DNA from: Octopus vulgaris
Lineage: Eukaryota
Assembly: GCA_951406725.2 (NCBI GenBank)
Contig: OX597840.1
Location: 29,884,001-29,948,000, forward strand
DNA length: 64,000 nt
Direction: 5' to 3'
The position numbers were made by a program, and so were the translations under genes. The notes beneath the pieces are model-generated. The model was not told the origin of the DNA, did no database searches, and was given only the letters and a program-made list of their open reading frames with translations. This document shows, in pieces, positions 1 to 13,508 of this stretch; positions within the stretch are counted from its first letter, which is position 1, and each line of letters opens with the position of its first letter.

Positions 1-155
1 GGCGTTAGGAAGGGCATCCAGCTGTAGAAACTCTACCAGATCGAGATTGGAGCCTAGTGCAGCCATCTGGTTCGCCAGTCCTCAGTCAAATCGTCCGACC
101 CATGCCAGCATGGAAAGCAGACATTAAACCATGATGATGATGATGACGATGATGA
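1..155 (+). mobile_element. Family C retroposon 3' end with (GAT)n tail
   Basis: GGCGTTAGGAAGGGCATCCAGCTGTAGAAAC...CCATGCCAGCATGGAAAGCAGACATTAAAC then (GAT)n; the same block recurs many times in the window (e.g. 18360-18520, 30085-30255). Confidence 0.85.
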
Positions 156-319
156 GATCTGCTCAATTAAGGCTGACCTGGGTCCAAGCAATAAAAACAA
201 GCAACAACAACAACTATCTCATTCATTCTGGTCAAGAAAATACCTGATGGACAGTTGTAATTCTTGTTGCTGTTGTTGTATTTGTTTTGTGGCTGTTGGT
301 CAGTTCACATTACTCCATA

Positions 320-510
320 AGGTGCATTCGGCCAGTTTTTAATTTCTCTGGCATATTTATATTGCACCTCTGACAGGGAGCTGAGGAGACTAGGGCAACA
401 GGAAATGAAGTGTCTTGCTCAAGAACACAACACATTGCACAGGCAAGGGATTGAAACCACAATCTTAAGATTATGAGTCCAACACACTGACCACTGAGCC
501 ATGGGCCTTC
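320..510 (-). mobile_element. tRNA-headed SINE (family D2), degenerate
   Basis: Minus strand reads GTGAAGGCCCATGGCTCAGTGGTCAG (A-box)...GGTTTCAATCCC (B-box)...TGTTGTGTTCTTGAGCAAGACACTT; homologous to 925-1090 and 62243-62482. Confidence 0.7.
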
Positions 511-870
511 ACATGCATGCATACATACATACATACATACATACATACATACATACATACATACATACATACATGCATACATGCATGCATACATGCATGC
601 ATACATGCATGCATGCATACATGCATGCATACATACATACATGCATGCATGCATGCATGCCTACATACATACATGCATACATACATACATACATACATAC
701 ATACATACATGCATGCATCAATGCATGCATATATACATGCATACATGCACATATGCATACATGCATAAGTATGCATCCATACATACATAAGTATGCATGC
801 ACATACATACATACATACATCTCCACATGCACATATGCATGCATACATGTATACATACGTATATACATCC
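511..870. repeat. (ATAC/ATGC)n compound microsatellite
   Basis: Direct reading; source of the MYVC/HTYI pseudo-ORFs. Confidence 0.95.
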
Positions 871-1111
871 ATCAGTAAGTCTACATTTCTCAGTAAGCAG
901 CATAGGATCAGTTTCTTTCCTCCCTGGATGGGATGCTAGTCCTTCACACGATGACTCATTTTTAGCAGCTGAGTGGACTGGAGCAACATGAAACAAAAGA
1001 TTTTGCTCAAAAACACAACACATCATCCAGGCAGGAATCAAAACCACAATCTTACAATCATGAGTCCCACAGCCTCACCACTAAGCCATGCTCCTCTACT
1101 TTTGTGGTTAT

Positions 1112-1500
1112 TACTCTTTTACTCTTTTACTTGTTTCAGTCATTTGACTGAGGCCATGCTGGAGCACCACCTTTTAGTCGGGCAAATCGACCCCAGGATT
1201 TATTCTTTGTAAGCTTATTACCCATTCTATCGGTCTCTTTTGCCGAACCGCTAAGTTACGGGGACGTAAACACACCAGCAGCGGTTGTCAAGTGATGTTG
1301 GGGCGACAAACACAGACACACAAACACATAGACATACATATATATAGATACATATATACGACGGGCTTCTTTCAGTTTCCATCTACCAAAACCACTCACA
1401 AGGTTTTGGCCGGCCCGAGGCTATAGTAGAAGAGACTTGCCCAAGGTGCCACGCAGTGGGACTGAACCCGGAACCATGTGGTTGGTAAACAAGCTACTTT
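1112..1500 (-). mobile_element. tRNA-derived SINE family A
   Basis: Reverse complement of the family A body: B-box GGTTCAGTCCC, CCTTGGGCAAGT, internal TA/CA tract, 3' tail ...GACTGAAACAAGTAAAAGAGT. Confidence 0.9.
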
Positions 1501-2606
1501 TATTCATTAAATTTGCCATGAAGGCAGTACATAGATGTAGCTCTGTGGGCTGGACGTAGACATTGATGGTATGAATGATGGTGATGGAACGAAGATGGTG
1601 ATGGGAGAAGACGAAAGCACTTGCCGACTTCTGCTTCTCTAAGACAATGTTCTTTTTTCAAAAAAATCAAAACGTCACAAAATTTCACAAAATTCACAAT
1701 GAGGCAATGAACCTCTTTCTCAATATGATACAATTTTTATTTTTTAAAAACATTCAAAAAGTTCAAGTAACCCGGCCGACCAGCGCTCTTGCTTCATTGA
1801 AGCACTCACTCGTTTCCAGGCCAGACCACTTACCACACAGCCACTCCTACACCTATTGTCTTTTTTTCATGTTTTCACTTTTGATGGTTTTTGCTTTCCT
1901 TCTTGTTTTCCTTATGATCTTGTTCTTGTCTTATTGTTGTTGTTGTTGTCCTTATTATTGCTGTTGTTGTGGCTACATAATTGTTGTTAGCATTCTTGAT
2001 TTTTTTTTGCGGGGCGGGGACATTTTTTCTTGATATTTTACCTGTTGTTGTTGTTGCGTCTGATGTAGTTCTTGTTGTTGCTTTCACCTTTGTTATTCTT
2101 TTTTTTTGTTCTTGCTCTTGTTGTTGTTGTTGTTTTTGCTTTTGCTATTCTCGTTCTTGTTGTCACTCTTGGTGTTTTCACTTTTGTTGTTCTTATTTAT
2201 GTTGTTGCTGTTGTTTTGGCTGCAGTCTTATAGTTCCATTGCTGCTGCTACTGGTGCTGTTGCCACAGAAAATGTTAAAGAAAAACGAGATAATACCACA
2301 ATTCCATAAAATATATTTGCATACAACATGATATATTTCAAATCACTAAAACTCTAAGAAAAAAAAAAAAAAATTCTTCCTCACCCCTATCCCAACCACT
2401 CACACCACCACCACCACCACCATATCCGCTACCACCACCACACACCTTCTGTGTCTTGTATTACTTTTGAAAGACTTCTTAGATTCCTTGCTGCAGTGAA
2501 TGGAGAAATTGATAAACACAGATCTTCATAAATTAAAGAAAATTTTACTGTGACTCACATCTACTTCGATTTACCATCATTAGTGGTGTATTTAAGACAT
2601 ATATAT

Positions 2607-2802
2607 CTTTACTACCCACAAGGGGCTAAACATAGAGGGGACAAACAAGGACAGACAAAGGGATAAAGTCGATTACATCTACCCCAATGAGTAACTGGTA
2701 CTTAATTTATCGACCCCGAAAGGATGAAAGGCAAAGTCGACCTCGGCGGAATTTGAACTCACAACGTAGCAGCACCGGCGTGCTAAAGCTTCTGCCAGCT
2801 CA
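2607..2802 (-). mobile_element. SINE family B (Meta-domain-like core)
   Basis: Reverse complement of GAGTTCAAATTCCGCCGAGGTCGACTTTGCCTTTCATCCTTTCGGGGTCGATAAATTAAGTACCAG, which resembles the MetaSINE central domain from memory. Confidence 0.85.
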
Positions 2803-3844
2803 TGTCACTCAACAAGGCAATCTAAGCAACTTCAGAAGTCCCCAAGTAAATAAATATCCTGGGCCCTATAAAATTTATTTATTGACACAAAAATCCACAG
2901 CATAGAACATCGTCGTCATCATTATGTTCATCATCATGACTTAACAGCTGTTTCCATGCTGGTATGAGTTGAATTGTTCAATTGGAGCTGGCCAGCTACA
3001 GAGCTGCCCCAGCTCTTGTAGAAGTATTTGCCTGTTTTAGCATGGTTTTTCTACACCTGGGTGCCCTTCCTAATGCCAACCACTTTACAGAGCGTACTGG
3101 GAGCATTTTACATGGCAGTTAGAGTGTAACAAAGGGACAAAGATAGTTGTCCTACTATAGAGAAGATACATGGCTACGCCCCAGAAGGACATGGAAGGAG
3201 AGGTATTGGGAGACAGTAGGAAAGATAGAAAGATGGTCTCAGCGAGAGGGAGAAAAAATAAATGGTGTTGGAGATGTATAGGGGTCTAGCTACAGGAGAA
3301 GAGGCGTATGAATATAAACAGTACAAAGGGGATAGAGGGGGTTATCATTCTAAAAATAAGCAATCGTGTCATTGAAATCTCAAAGCTATGGGATAATTCA
3401 TGATTAATTTGAATCAAGGTGAATAAATAAGGATTACTTTTGAGTTGACAGAGAACCCTGAAAAAGAAAAACAGAATGGACTAAAAGGAACAGGAGGAGA
3501 GATGTGGAAGGGAGAGTCAATGAAGAGGTCACAGGTGTGTGGGGAAAGATTTAAGACAAAGGACACTAAAGTAAGAATAGTAATAAAAGTGAGGTTAAAA
3601 ATGGACATCATGCCGTGAAACTCTATGTGTTGAGTTCAAGTCTTATCATGGTCAATGTTGCCTTTCATTCTACAGGGGCTGAGAAACATAATGCCAGTTT
3701 TGTACTGGAGTGGTGGTGTTGTGGGAAGGGGATCAGATACTCTTCTCTCTCTCTCTCCCTCTCTCCTTCATCCCTGGAAGAAATCGATGATGATGACTGT
3801 GTATGGTGGTGATCCTAGTGATCATAGTGGGGGTGATAATCATG

Positions 3845-4045
3845 GTGCGGGCGAAATGCTTAGCGGTATTTCATCCACCGCTACGTTCTGAGTTCAAATT
3901 CTGCTGAGGTTGACTTTGCCTTTCATCCTTTCGGGGTCGATTAAATAAGTACCAGTTATGCACTGGGGTCGATATAATTGACTTAATCCGTTTGTCTGTC
4001 CTTGTTTGTCCTCTCTGTGTTTAGCCCCAAGTGGGTAGTAAAAAT
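3845..4045 (+). mobile_element. SINE family B
   Basis: Same core as 5589-5807 and 36414-36640. Confidence 0.85.
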
Positions 4046-4699
4046 ATAAGATAGTGATGATGGTGATGATGAGGATATTGATGGCTGGCAGTGACAGAGC
4101 TGATGATGATTATGATGGTAATGACGATGACGATGTCGATAACAATGATTATAATAATAGTGACAATGGCAACAGTGATGATAACAATAATGATGATGAT
4201 GATGATTATGATGGTAGTGGTGGTGATGATAGTGGTGGTAGTGATAATAATGAAGTTAGTGATGACAATGGTAAAGGTGATGGTGATAGTAATGATGATG
4301 ATAATGATGATGATGATGATGACACTGAATGCCAATAGCAACGATGCTAGTCGTGATGACACCAGCAAAAGACAATAACAATAATCACAGCAACAATACG
4401 AAGTTAAATCGAATGGTGCCAAAGTTTAAATTTGGAAACATTTCGAGAGGAGAGAAAGAAAAAAAAACAATAAATAAATGAAAAAAAACAATAAATAGAT
4501 AAATAAATGTGTAAAAGAAAGGAAATGAAAAGAAAAGCGAAGGAAAGCAAAGCACAGGTTTGCTCCATGTGGAGACGAAAGACAAAAAGAAAGAACTGAA
4601 GAGAAAAAGCAAAGTCTTGAAAATCCGGAATTGTCAATTGTTAACGGATATTTTTTTATTTCGTTGTTCTTCCCATTACTGTTTCAGGAAATAATTCAC

Positions 4700-5001
4700 T
4701 TGCTCACTCTCTCACCCTCCGCCCACCTCTCTCTCTCACTGTCTATCCCTTTTTATCTCTCTCTCACTCTCTATCTCTTTTTCTCTCTCTTGCTCTCTAT
4801 CTCTCTCTTGCTAGCTATCTATCTGTCTGTCTGTCTGTCTGTTTATCTATCTATCTTTCTATCCATCCATCCATCCATCAGTCTGTCTGTCTGTCTGTTT
4901 GTCTCTCTGTCTATCTCTCTATCTATCTATCTATCTCTCTGTCTATCTCTCTCTCTATCTATCTATCTATCTGTCTGTCTGTCTATCTGTCTGTTTGTCT
5001 A

Positions 5002-5050
<49 letters not shown>

Positions 5051-5250
5051 GTCTGTCTGTCTGTCTGTCTGCCTGCCTGCCTGTCCGCACGTCCGTCTAT
5101 CTATCTATCTATCTGTCTGTCTGTCTGTCTTTCTTCTATTGGGTTGTCTGCCTATCTTTCTGATTGTACGTCTGTTTCTTTCTCTCTTCCTCATAAACAA
5201 TTTCTCTCTCTCTCTCTCTCTCCCCCCTCTCTCTGCATCTTTCTTTCTCC
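4700..5250. repeat. (CT)n/(TCTA)n/(TCTG)n microsatellite
   Basis: Direct reading. Confidence 0.95.
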
Positions 5251-5588
5251 ATAACAGTTGCTCTCTTTCACTCACCTTCACTCAAAGAAATAACAAGCAA
5301 AGATCTTAAAGCGATTCCATCTGTTTATTTCTACATCTTTTCTAGCTGTTCATGTCTCATCTGATATGGTGCCATCCATCTACATAGATATCCACCTATC
5401 AATATGTAAGTCGGTCACTGACTGACAGATCAATTGTCCATTCGCCTATCCATCCATTTACTTCTCTTCATATCTCTATCTTGATATCAATCAATCAATC
5501 AATCAATCAATTAATTAATTAATTAATTAATTTATTTATCTACCTACTATTTCTGTCTGTCTGTCTATCTATCTGTCTATCTATCTAT

Positions 5589-5807
5589 AGCAGAATCGTT
5601 AGCACACCGGGCGAAATGCGTAGCCGTATTTCGTCTGCCGTTACATTCTGAGTTCAAATTCCGCCGAGGTCGACCTTGTCTTTCATCCTTTCGGGGTCGA
5701 TAAATTAAGTATCAGTTACGCACTGGGGTCGATGTAATCGACTTAATCCGTTTGTCTGTCCTTGTTTGTCCCCTCTGTGTTTAGCCCCTTGTGGGTAGTA
5801 AAGAAAT
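5589..5807 (+). mobile_element. SINE family B inserted in (TCTA)n
   Basis: AGCAGAATCGTTAGCACACCGGGCGAAATG...TGTGGGTAGTAAAGAAAT, with TCTA repeats on both sides. Confidence 0.9.
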
Positions 5808-5841
5808 ATATCTATCTATCTATCTTTCTATCTATTTAACC

Positions 5842-5939
<98 letters not shown>

Positions 5940-6098
5940 TTAACCATCTATCTATTTAACCATCTATCTATCTATCTATCTCTCTATCTATCTATGTAAC
6001 CATCTATCTATCTGTCTATTTATCTATCTATCTCTCTATCAACTGTATACACACACTATTTACTTAAAGGGCACAATACATGCATTACATGTATTTAA

Positions 6099-6152
6099 GT
6101 GCTATTAGTAGTTTCATGTGTTCAGCAATACTCAAACGTATTCTTCAGGCAC
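6099..6152 (-). ncRNA. Type-I hammerhead ribozyme-like motif (Penelope pLTR type), partly degenerate
   Basis: Minus strand: GTGC CTGAAGA [ATACGTTT..GAACACAT] GAAA CTACTAA TA GCAC; stem I GTGC/GCAC. The cassette 6058-6200 is homologous to the inverted repeat at 52702-52997. Confidence 0.55.
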
Positions 6153-6341
6153 AAATCATAATAACCATAACAAACTAAAAAGACTTATTAATAGAAGCAG
6201 AACAGCACATTATATATATGTATGTGTGCGTGTGTGTGTATGTATATATACATACATATATGTATATATACATACATATATATATATATATACATACATA
6301 TATATATATATACATACAATATATATATAAAAAAAAAAAAA

Positions 6342-6406
<65 letters not shown>

Positions 6407-6411
<5 letters not shown>

Positions 6412-6660
6412 ATAAATATTAGGGAATAAATCCAAATTTACAGGGAAAAAAATCAGATTTAGGATTAAATCCAATTTTATAGTAAAATATTATATTATAT
6501 TAAATTAGAGACAAAACCACTATTTTGCAAAACAAACAAGGAAAGACTTAATCAATACATAAGATTTTAATAAAAAGTCAAAAAACCGCCACTACAATTG
6601 TTTCTTGTCCTGATCGACAATCTTCAGGTGGACTTCCAATTTTCAAGTCAGTTTCAAATT
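6407..6660 (-). mobile_element. Penelope-like element pseudo-LTR fragment between (TA)n tracts
   Basis: Contains the hammerhead at 6589-6631; 6407-6565 is nearly identical to 34170-34325; bounded by (TA)n. Confidence 0.65.
6589..6631 (-). ncRNA. Minimal type-I hammerhead ribozyme with intact core
   Basis: Minus strand: CCAC CTGAAGA TTGTC gatcag GACAA GAAA CAATTG TA GTGG. Stem I CCAC/GTGG, stem II TTGTC/GACAA, palindromic stem III ACAATTGT, cleavage triplet GUA. Confidence 0.85.
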
Positions 6661-6667
6661 ATATATA

Positions 6668-7105
6668 TAAAGGTGTAGCGGTCTTGTGCACGTGTATTCA
6701 GTATGTTAGCATGTGAAACCACATGATTATGTATCCATTAGCGATCCTGCTGAAGATCATAAGAGTGTACCAAATCAATTTATTTGGCTATTGATAGTGA
6801 AACTCTTACATGCTACAGGATTAACTGAAAAAAGAATTCATAAGGCATGCTGTTGATGACACTAGAGCAAACAAAAAATGAATTAGTTAATCCTGTATTC
6901 AAGTTTCACTATTAATCCATAATGGATAAAGGTGTAGCGGTCTTGTGCACATGTATTCAGTATGTATTGAAACCACATGATTATGTATCCATTAGCGATC
7001 CTGCTGAAGATCAACAGATACCAAATCAATTTATTTGGCTATTGATAGTGAAACTCAAGTACAGGATTAACTAATTCATTTTTTGTTCACTCTAGTGTCA
7101 TTAAC
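6668..7105 (+). mobile_element. Direct-inverted-direct repeat cassette with two hammerhead-like motifs (6744-6821, 6998-7067)
   Basis: 6668-6826 duplicated at 6928-7072; each copy has ATCCTG CTGAAGA...GAAA...TA CAGGAT; 6855-6915 is the reverse complement of about 7044-7103. Confidence 0.7.
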
Positions 7106-7227
7106 CACGTTCCTCATGAATTTTTATTGTAGTTTGAGATTTAACTGCCCTTTTTAGCATGTAAGGTGTCCCAGCAAGGGTCTCCTCTCTGTATATAAAT
7201 CTTTATACATTCCTTTACATATATATG

Positions 7228-7595
7228 TATCATCATCATCATCATCATTGTTTAACGTCTCTTTCCATGCTGGCACAGAAGCTGCACCAGGCTCAATCTA
7301 ATCTGGCAAAGTTTCTACAGCTGGATGCCCCTCCTAACGCCAACCACTCCAAGAGTGTAGTGGGTACTTTTTACGTGCCAGTCAGGAAGTTCTGGCAATG
7401 ACCATGCTCAAAATAGGATTTTTACGTGCTACCTGCACAGGAGCCAGTCCGGTGGTACTGGCAACAACCACACTCAAATGTTGTTTTTCACATGCCACTG
7501 TCACATGTACTGGTAAGGCAATGCTGGTAATGCTCATGCTCGAATGGTGCTTTCCACGTGCCACTGGGACAGGAGCCAATCCATGGCCCTGGAAA
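7228..7595 (-). mobile_element. Family C retroposon with degenerate ~62-bp units
   Basis: (CAT)n-GTTTAACGTC...CTGGATGCCCCTCCTAACGCCAACC then 3-4 diverged TTTTACGTGCCAC-type units. Confidence 0.75.
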
Positions 7596-8201
7596 TGATA
7601 AATATAAATAAATAAATAAATAAAATATATATATATATGTACAAAGAAACTTGCTTCCCAACCAAATGGTACTGAGTTCAGTGCCACTGGGTGGCTCCAT
7701 GGGCAAGTGTCCTCTACTATAGCCTTTGGAAGATTGGAAACTGAAAGAAGCCCATCACACACACACACACATATATGCATATATACCCATGTGTGTGTCT
7801 TTGTTTGTGTCTCTGTTTGTTCCTTTAACTTAGTGGTTCAGCAAAAGGGATCAATAGAATAAAGTAGTAGGCTTAAAAGAAAATAAGTCCTGGGGTCAAT
7901 TTATTCAACTAAAATTCCTCAGGTTGATGCCCCAGCATGGCCACAGTTAAATGATTGGAACAAGTAAAAAGAAAAAAGAAAACAAAATATATAATTGGCT
8001 TCTTTCAGTTTCTGACAACAAAACCACTGACAAGACATTGTTTGGCCCAGGGCTAAAATGTCAATAGGTGGAACTTGAACTGAAGACCACATGGTTACAA
8101 AGCAAGGTTGTTAACCATACAGCCATGCCCGCTCACAATATATATATAATCACATGCACATGCACATGTGTGTGTGTATGTGTGTGTGTGTGTGTGTGTG
8201 T

Positions 8202-8850
8202 ACTCTTTACTCTCTTTTACTCTTTTACTTGTTTCAGTCATTTGACTGTGGCCATGCTGGAGCACCACCTTTAGTCGAGCAAATCAACCCCAGGACTTAT
8301 TCTTTTGTAAGCCCAGTACTTATTGTATTGGTCTCTTTTGCCGAACCGCTAAGTTACAGGGGACGTAAACACACCAGCATCGGTTGTCAAGCGATGTTGG
8401 GGGGACAAACACAGACACACACACACATACATACATATATATATGTATATATACCCATCGTGGCCATTGCCAGCCTCCCCTGGCACCTGTGCTGGTGGCA
8501 CATAAAAAGCAACCACTACACTCACGGAGTGGTTGGCGTTAGGAAGGGCATCAAGTTGTAGAAACACTGCCAGATCAGACTGGGCCTGGTGCAGCCTCCT
8601 GGCTTCCTAGACCCCGGTCGAACCGTCTAACCCATGCTAGCATGGAAAAAGGATGTTAAAAATGATGATGATGATGATACATATATACGATGGGCTTCTT
8701 TCAGTTTCCGTCTACCAAATCCACTCACAAGGCTTTGGTTGGCCTGAGGATATAGTAGAAGACACTTGCCCAAGGTGCCACACAGTGGGACTGAACCTGG
8801 AACCATGCGGTTGGTAAGCAAGCTACTTACCACACAGCTATTCCTACGCC
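8202..8850 (-). mobile_element. SINE family A with a family C copy (8455-8678, +) nested in its internal TA tract
   Basis: Both halves of family A flank a C 3' end with (GAT)n tail. Confidence 0.85.
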
Positions 8851-9233
8851 TATGTGTGTGTATACAAGTGTCTATTGAAGACCGAAGTGTGTCCATTGCT
8901 GCCAATTTGTCAGCATGCAAAGATCAAGCTACTTGCTACTGACCATAAAAAGTTTCATTATCCTTTGAAGGGTCATTTTGATAATAAAACATGCATGTTG
9001 ATTATAGCTCATGTCTTTATTTTTAACGACTCTATTAATTATTTATTAGTTTGTTTGAATTATGCAAACAAACCAAGCAATAATTAAAGGATTCGTTAGC
9101 AAAAATGAAATAAATGAATGTTTAATTTAAACCAGTGTTGGTGGTTTTATTGACTGAGTGACCTTTGAAAATATAAAGGAATATGGTTTAAAGTGTGTGC
9201 TAGCATTAAAATATCTTTCACAACAAACAACAA

Positions 9234-9632
9234 GGTGCAGGAGTGGCTGTGTGGTAAGTAGCTTGCTTACGAACCACATAGTTCCGGGTTCAGTTCCACT
9301 GTGTGGCACCTTGGGCAAGTGTCTTCTACTATAGCCTCGGGTCGACCAAAGCCTTGTGAGTGGATTTGGTAGACAGAAACTGAAAGAAGCCCATCGTATA
9401 TATGTATATATATGTGTGTTTGTGTGTCTGTGTTTGTCCCCCTAGCATTGCTTGACAACCGATGCTGGTGTGTTTATGTCCCCGTCACTTAGCGGCTCGG
9501 CAAAAAGAGACCGATAGAATAAGTACTGGGCTTACAAAGAAATAAGTCCTGGGGTTGATTTGCTCGACTAAAAGGCGGTGCTCCAGCATGGCCACAGTCA
9601 AATGACTGAAACAAGCAAAAGAGTAAAGAGTA
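9234..9632 (+). mobile_element. Full-length tRNA-derived SINE family A
   Basis: GGTGCAGGAGTGGCTGTGTGGTAAG (A-box)...GGTTCAGTTCC (B-box)...internal TA/TG tract...GACTGAAACAAGCAAAAGAGTAAAGAGT tail. Confidence 0.9.
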
Positions 9633-10544
9633 AACAAGGTTTGGCTGTGTGGTTAAAGGCTTCGCTTCATAAATGGAGGTTTTGTGTTCAATCCTATGAT
9701 GAGGTACTGTGGGCAAGTGCTTTCTTTTATAGCATCAGGTCAACTGGTGTTTTGTGAGTGTATTTGGTAGATGGAAACTGTGTAGAAGCCTATAATGCAT
9801 GTCCACACAAACTCCCATATGTTTATTTGTATATGTGTGTGTTTGCATGTGTGTGTGGGTGTGTGTGTGTGCATTTCTGTCTCCTTGTTATGACACACTT
9901 TGATAGATTTAATTTGCTATTATTATCATGGTTACTGTCATTGTTGTCATCACTCCAGCAGTGTTGCTATTGGCCTTGCCGTCATCATCAGTATGACAAT
10001 CATTATCATCATCATCATCATCACCAAGATCATTACCATCGCCTATTATCACCATTATCATCATCATCGTCATTGTCATCATTATCATTGCTATATTCAC
10101 CATCATCATGATGATCATCATCAATATTGTCATCATCACCATCAGCTTCATCATCATTGCCATCGTCGTCACCACATTATCTTCATCATCACCACTATTG
10201 TTACCATCAAATTTATCCTCATCACCATAATCATCATCATTCTCTTCCTCACCATCATTATCCATTATTGTTACTTGTTTCTTATTCCTTAATCTCCACC
10301 TCACTCAATTGAGAGGTTCTTATATTGCAGGGATTTGATGACCTCACTGGTGCCAATTCCATGTAAAAGGAAGCACCCAGGGCACTTTGTGAAATGGTTG
10401 GAATTCGGAAGGGCATCTGACCATAGAAACCATGGCAAATTGAACATAGAAACTGGAAGGGACCTCTGGCCCCTCTCCTTATGTTGAACCATCTAACCCA
10501 TGCCAGCATAGAAAAGGGAACGTTAAGCGATGATGATGATTGAT

Positions 10545-11228
10545 ACATGCATGTAATGGCTGTGTATATACTCATATACACACAGCCATGTATGTATGTG
10601 TATATGTATGTATGTCTGTATATATGTCTGTATGTATGTCTGTATGTATGTATGTCTGTATGTATGCATGTATGCATGTCTGCCTATATGTATGCATGTA
10701 TGTCTGTATGTATGGGCTTGTATGTATGTATGTATGTATGCATGTATGTATGCATGTATGTATGTATGCATGTATGAATGTATGAATGTATGTATGCATG
10801 CATGCATGTATGTATGCATGCATGCATGTATGTATGTATGTATGTATATGTATGTCTGTATGTATGGGCTTGTATGTATGTATGTATGTATGCATGTATG
10901 TATGCATGTATATATGCATGTATGTATGTATGCATGTATGAATGTATGAATGTATGTATGCATGCATGCATGTATGTATGCATGCATGCATGTATGTATG
11001 TATGTATGTATATGTATGTGTGTATGTATGCATGTATGTATGTATGTATGTATGCATGCATGCATGAATGTATGTATGTATGTATGTATGTTTGTATGTA
11101 TGTATGCATGTATGTATGCATGCATGCATGTATGTATGTGTATGTATGTGTGTATGTATGTATGTATGCATGTATGTATGTATTATGTAAGTGTGTATGT
11201 ATGTATGTATGTATGTATGTATGTATGT
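10545..11228. repeat. (ATGT/ATGC)n microsatellite with internal ~152-bp duplication
   Basis: Marker GTCTGTATGTATGGGCTTG occurs at about 10702 and 10854. Confidence 0.9.
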
Positions 11229-11988
11229 AGGAAGATTGATAGATGGTGCCTGCTTATTACAATTACGGATAATGTTATCAACTCACTTAATATTATCAAA
11301 ATCAATGGGACACCAAATGCTTTGCTTAGTGTTATCACCACATAACTTTTATCACAAATGTTTTGTCTCATGCAGAACTGATCCCAGTACATGGCTTTCC
11401 TATATAATATTAATGCCTGGGTGTCTTATATATATGTGTGTGTGTAAATATATATATGTGTGTGTGTGTGTAAATATATATGTGTGTGTGTGTAAATAAA
11501 TATATGTGTGTGTGTCTGTCTGTGTAAATATATATATGTGTGCGTGTGTGAGTAAATATATATGTGTGTGCATGTGTGTGTGTGTGTGTAAATATATATA
11601 TGTGTATGCATGTGTGTGTGTGTGTATGTAAATATATATATATGTGTGTCTGTGTGTAAATATATATATTTATATATGTTAATCTACATTTATGTGTACA
11701 CACACACACACACATACATACATACATATATATAAATGCACAACAGAACAAAAGCCAGCTTGCAACACCAAATCTCCAAAGATTTCCTGAAGAAGGGGTC
11801 TTAACCCCAAAATATTAAAATGCAAAATAAATCTACAAACCATTGGCTTATCATATTTCTTATAATCTGCATTGATTTGGCATTTGAAAGCAAAACCCAA
11901 AAATTATAAGGTTTAATATATATACATGCGTGTAAGAATGTATGTATGTCTATGTGTGCATGCATGTGTATATGTATACATATGTAAA

Positions 11989-12029
<41 letters not shown>

Positions 12030-12057
12030 GCATATATATATATACATGCATGTGTAT

Positions 12058-12092
<35 letters not shown>

Positions 12093-12217
12093 TGCATGTG
12101 TATGTTTATATGTATATATGTAAATATATATATGTATATATGTGTGTGTGTGTGTACATATATATAGAGATAGATATGTATATATATGTATATCTATTTA
12201 TCTAGCTAGTTAAGTAG

Positions 12218-12280
<63 letters not shown>

Positions 12281-12596
12281 TATTAATGTTTGCTTTTATG
12301 TTCAGCTATAATAAAATACAATGCTGCTTTGAACCAATTGGTTTCTCTATAGTTTTGTAGATAACAAATTCATTATACTTACTGAAGAATATTGTTGACG
12401 GTGATTTCAAACTTTCACCCAGCAATCATTGGACGAGCTTAGCAGGTTGAAAGTTCAGTTAGTGAAACAAGTAAAAAAATAAAACACACACACACACACA
12501 AAAACACACACATACATGTGTGCACACATACAGTCATATGTATATATATATATATATATATATCTAAAATGTCCTATTGACTAGTTTCATTTCTTC

Positions 12597-12685
12597 ATTT
12601 CCCTGAAGAGAAGATTACATTATTTTACACCATTTTATTCCTTTGGAATAATATCAGTGAAATCTTCGAAATATGTGTCGGAGGT
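12597..12685 (+). ncRNA. Type-I hammerhead ribozyme with extended stem II
   Basis: ATTTCC CTGAAGA GAAGATT...AATCTTC GAAA TATGTG TC GGAGGT; canonical core and GUC site; stem I includes G-U pairs; directly follows a (TA)n tract. Confidence 0.75.
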
Positions 12686-13298
12686 AAAAGAATTTGAATT
12701 AAACTTCATTTATTTATGTATATATCATACAAAAGAATTTCACAGAAATCCAAAGTTTCTATATCTAAAAACTATTTACCTATTTTCATCATCATCATCA
12801 TCATCGTTTAATGTCCGTTTTCTGCCTAGCACGGGTTTCTACAGCTGGATGCCCTTCCTAACGCCAACCACTCCGCGAGTGTAGTGGGTGCTTTTTACGT
12901 GACACCTGCACAGGTGCCAGGGGGCTCCGTGTTAATTGTTAAGAAGGGAAAAATACACACATCTATTTTTATATATATATATATATATAAACACACACAC
13001 ACACACATGTATACATATGTATATATAAAAGCATAACTAAAGGATAAAATCATTAGAATTAATGAATCTTATCAGTGGCCAGCAGATTAAAAAAAAACTT
13101 TTAGGTAAAATATAGAGTGAATAGTTGAAGGGGTGGGACATGTTTGGCATCTCCTTTCAGCATATAGGTAGGATAGCTTTTGTACCTTTAAATAGAATTG
13201 TACTCTGTATAGTTATATATCTTTATACATATACATAGATACACACACGCACACACATACATACATACATACATATATATATATATATAGATATAGGC

Positions 13299-13341
<43 letters not shown>

Positions 13342-13471
13342 TAAATAAATAGATAGAGGGATGGATGGATAGATAGATACAGAGATAGATAGAGGGATGG
13401 ATGGATGGATAGATAGATAGATAGATAGATAGATAGAGGGATGTATGGATGGATAGATAGATAGAGGGATG

Positions 13472-13508
<37 letters not shown>

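Noticed and set aside
9234-9310. tRNA gene
   Set aside because: A and B boxes are present but it is the head of a multi-copy SINE with no convincing cloverleaf; the same applies to the D and D2 heads.
12330-12475. Additional hammerheads (also about 13135-13165 and 54475-54506)
   Set aside because: Only partial cores, or stem I cannot be closed; probably decayed cassettes, not counted.
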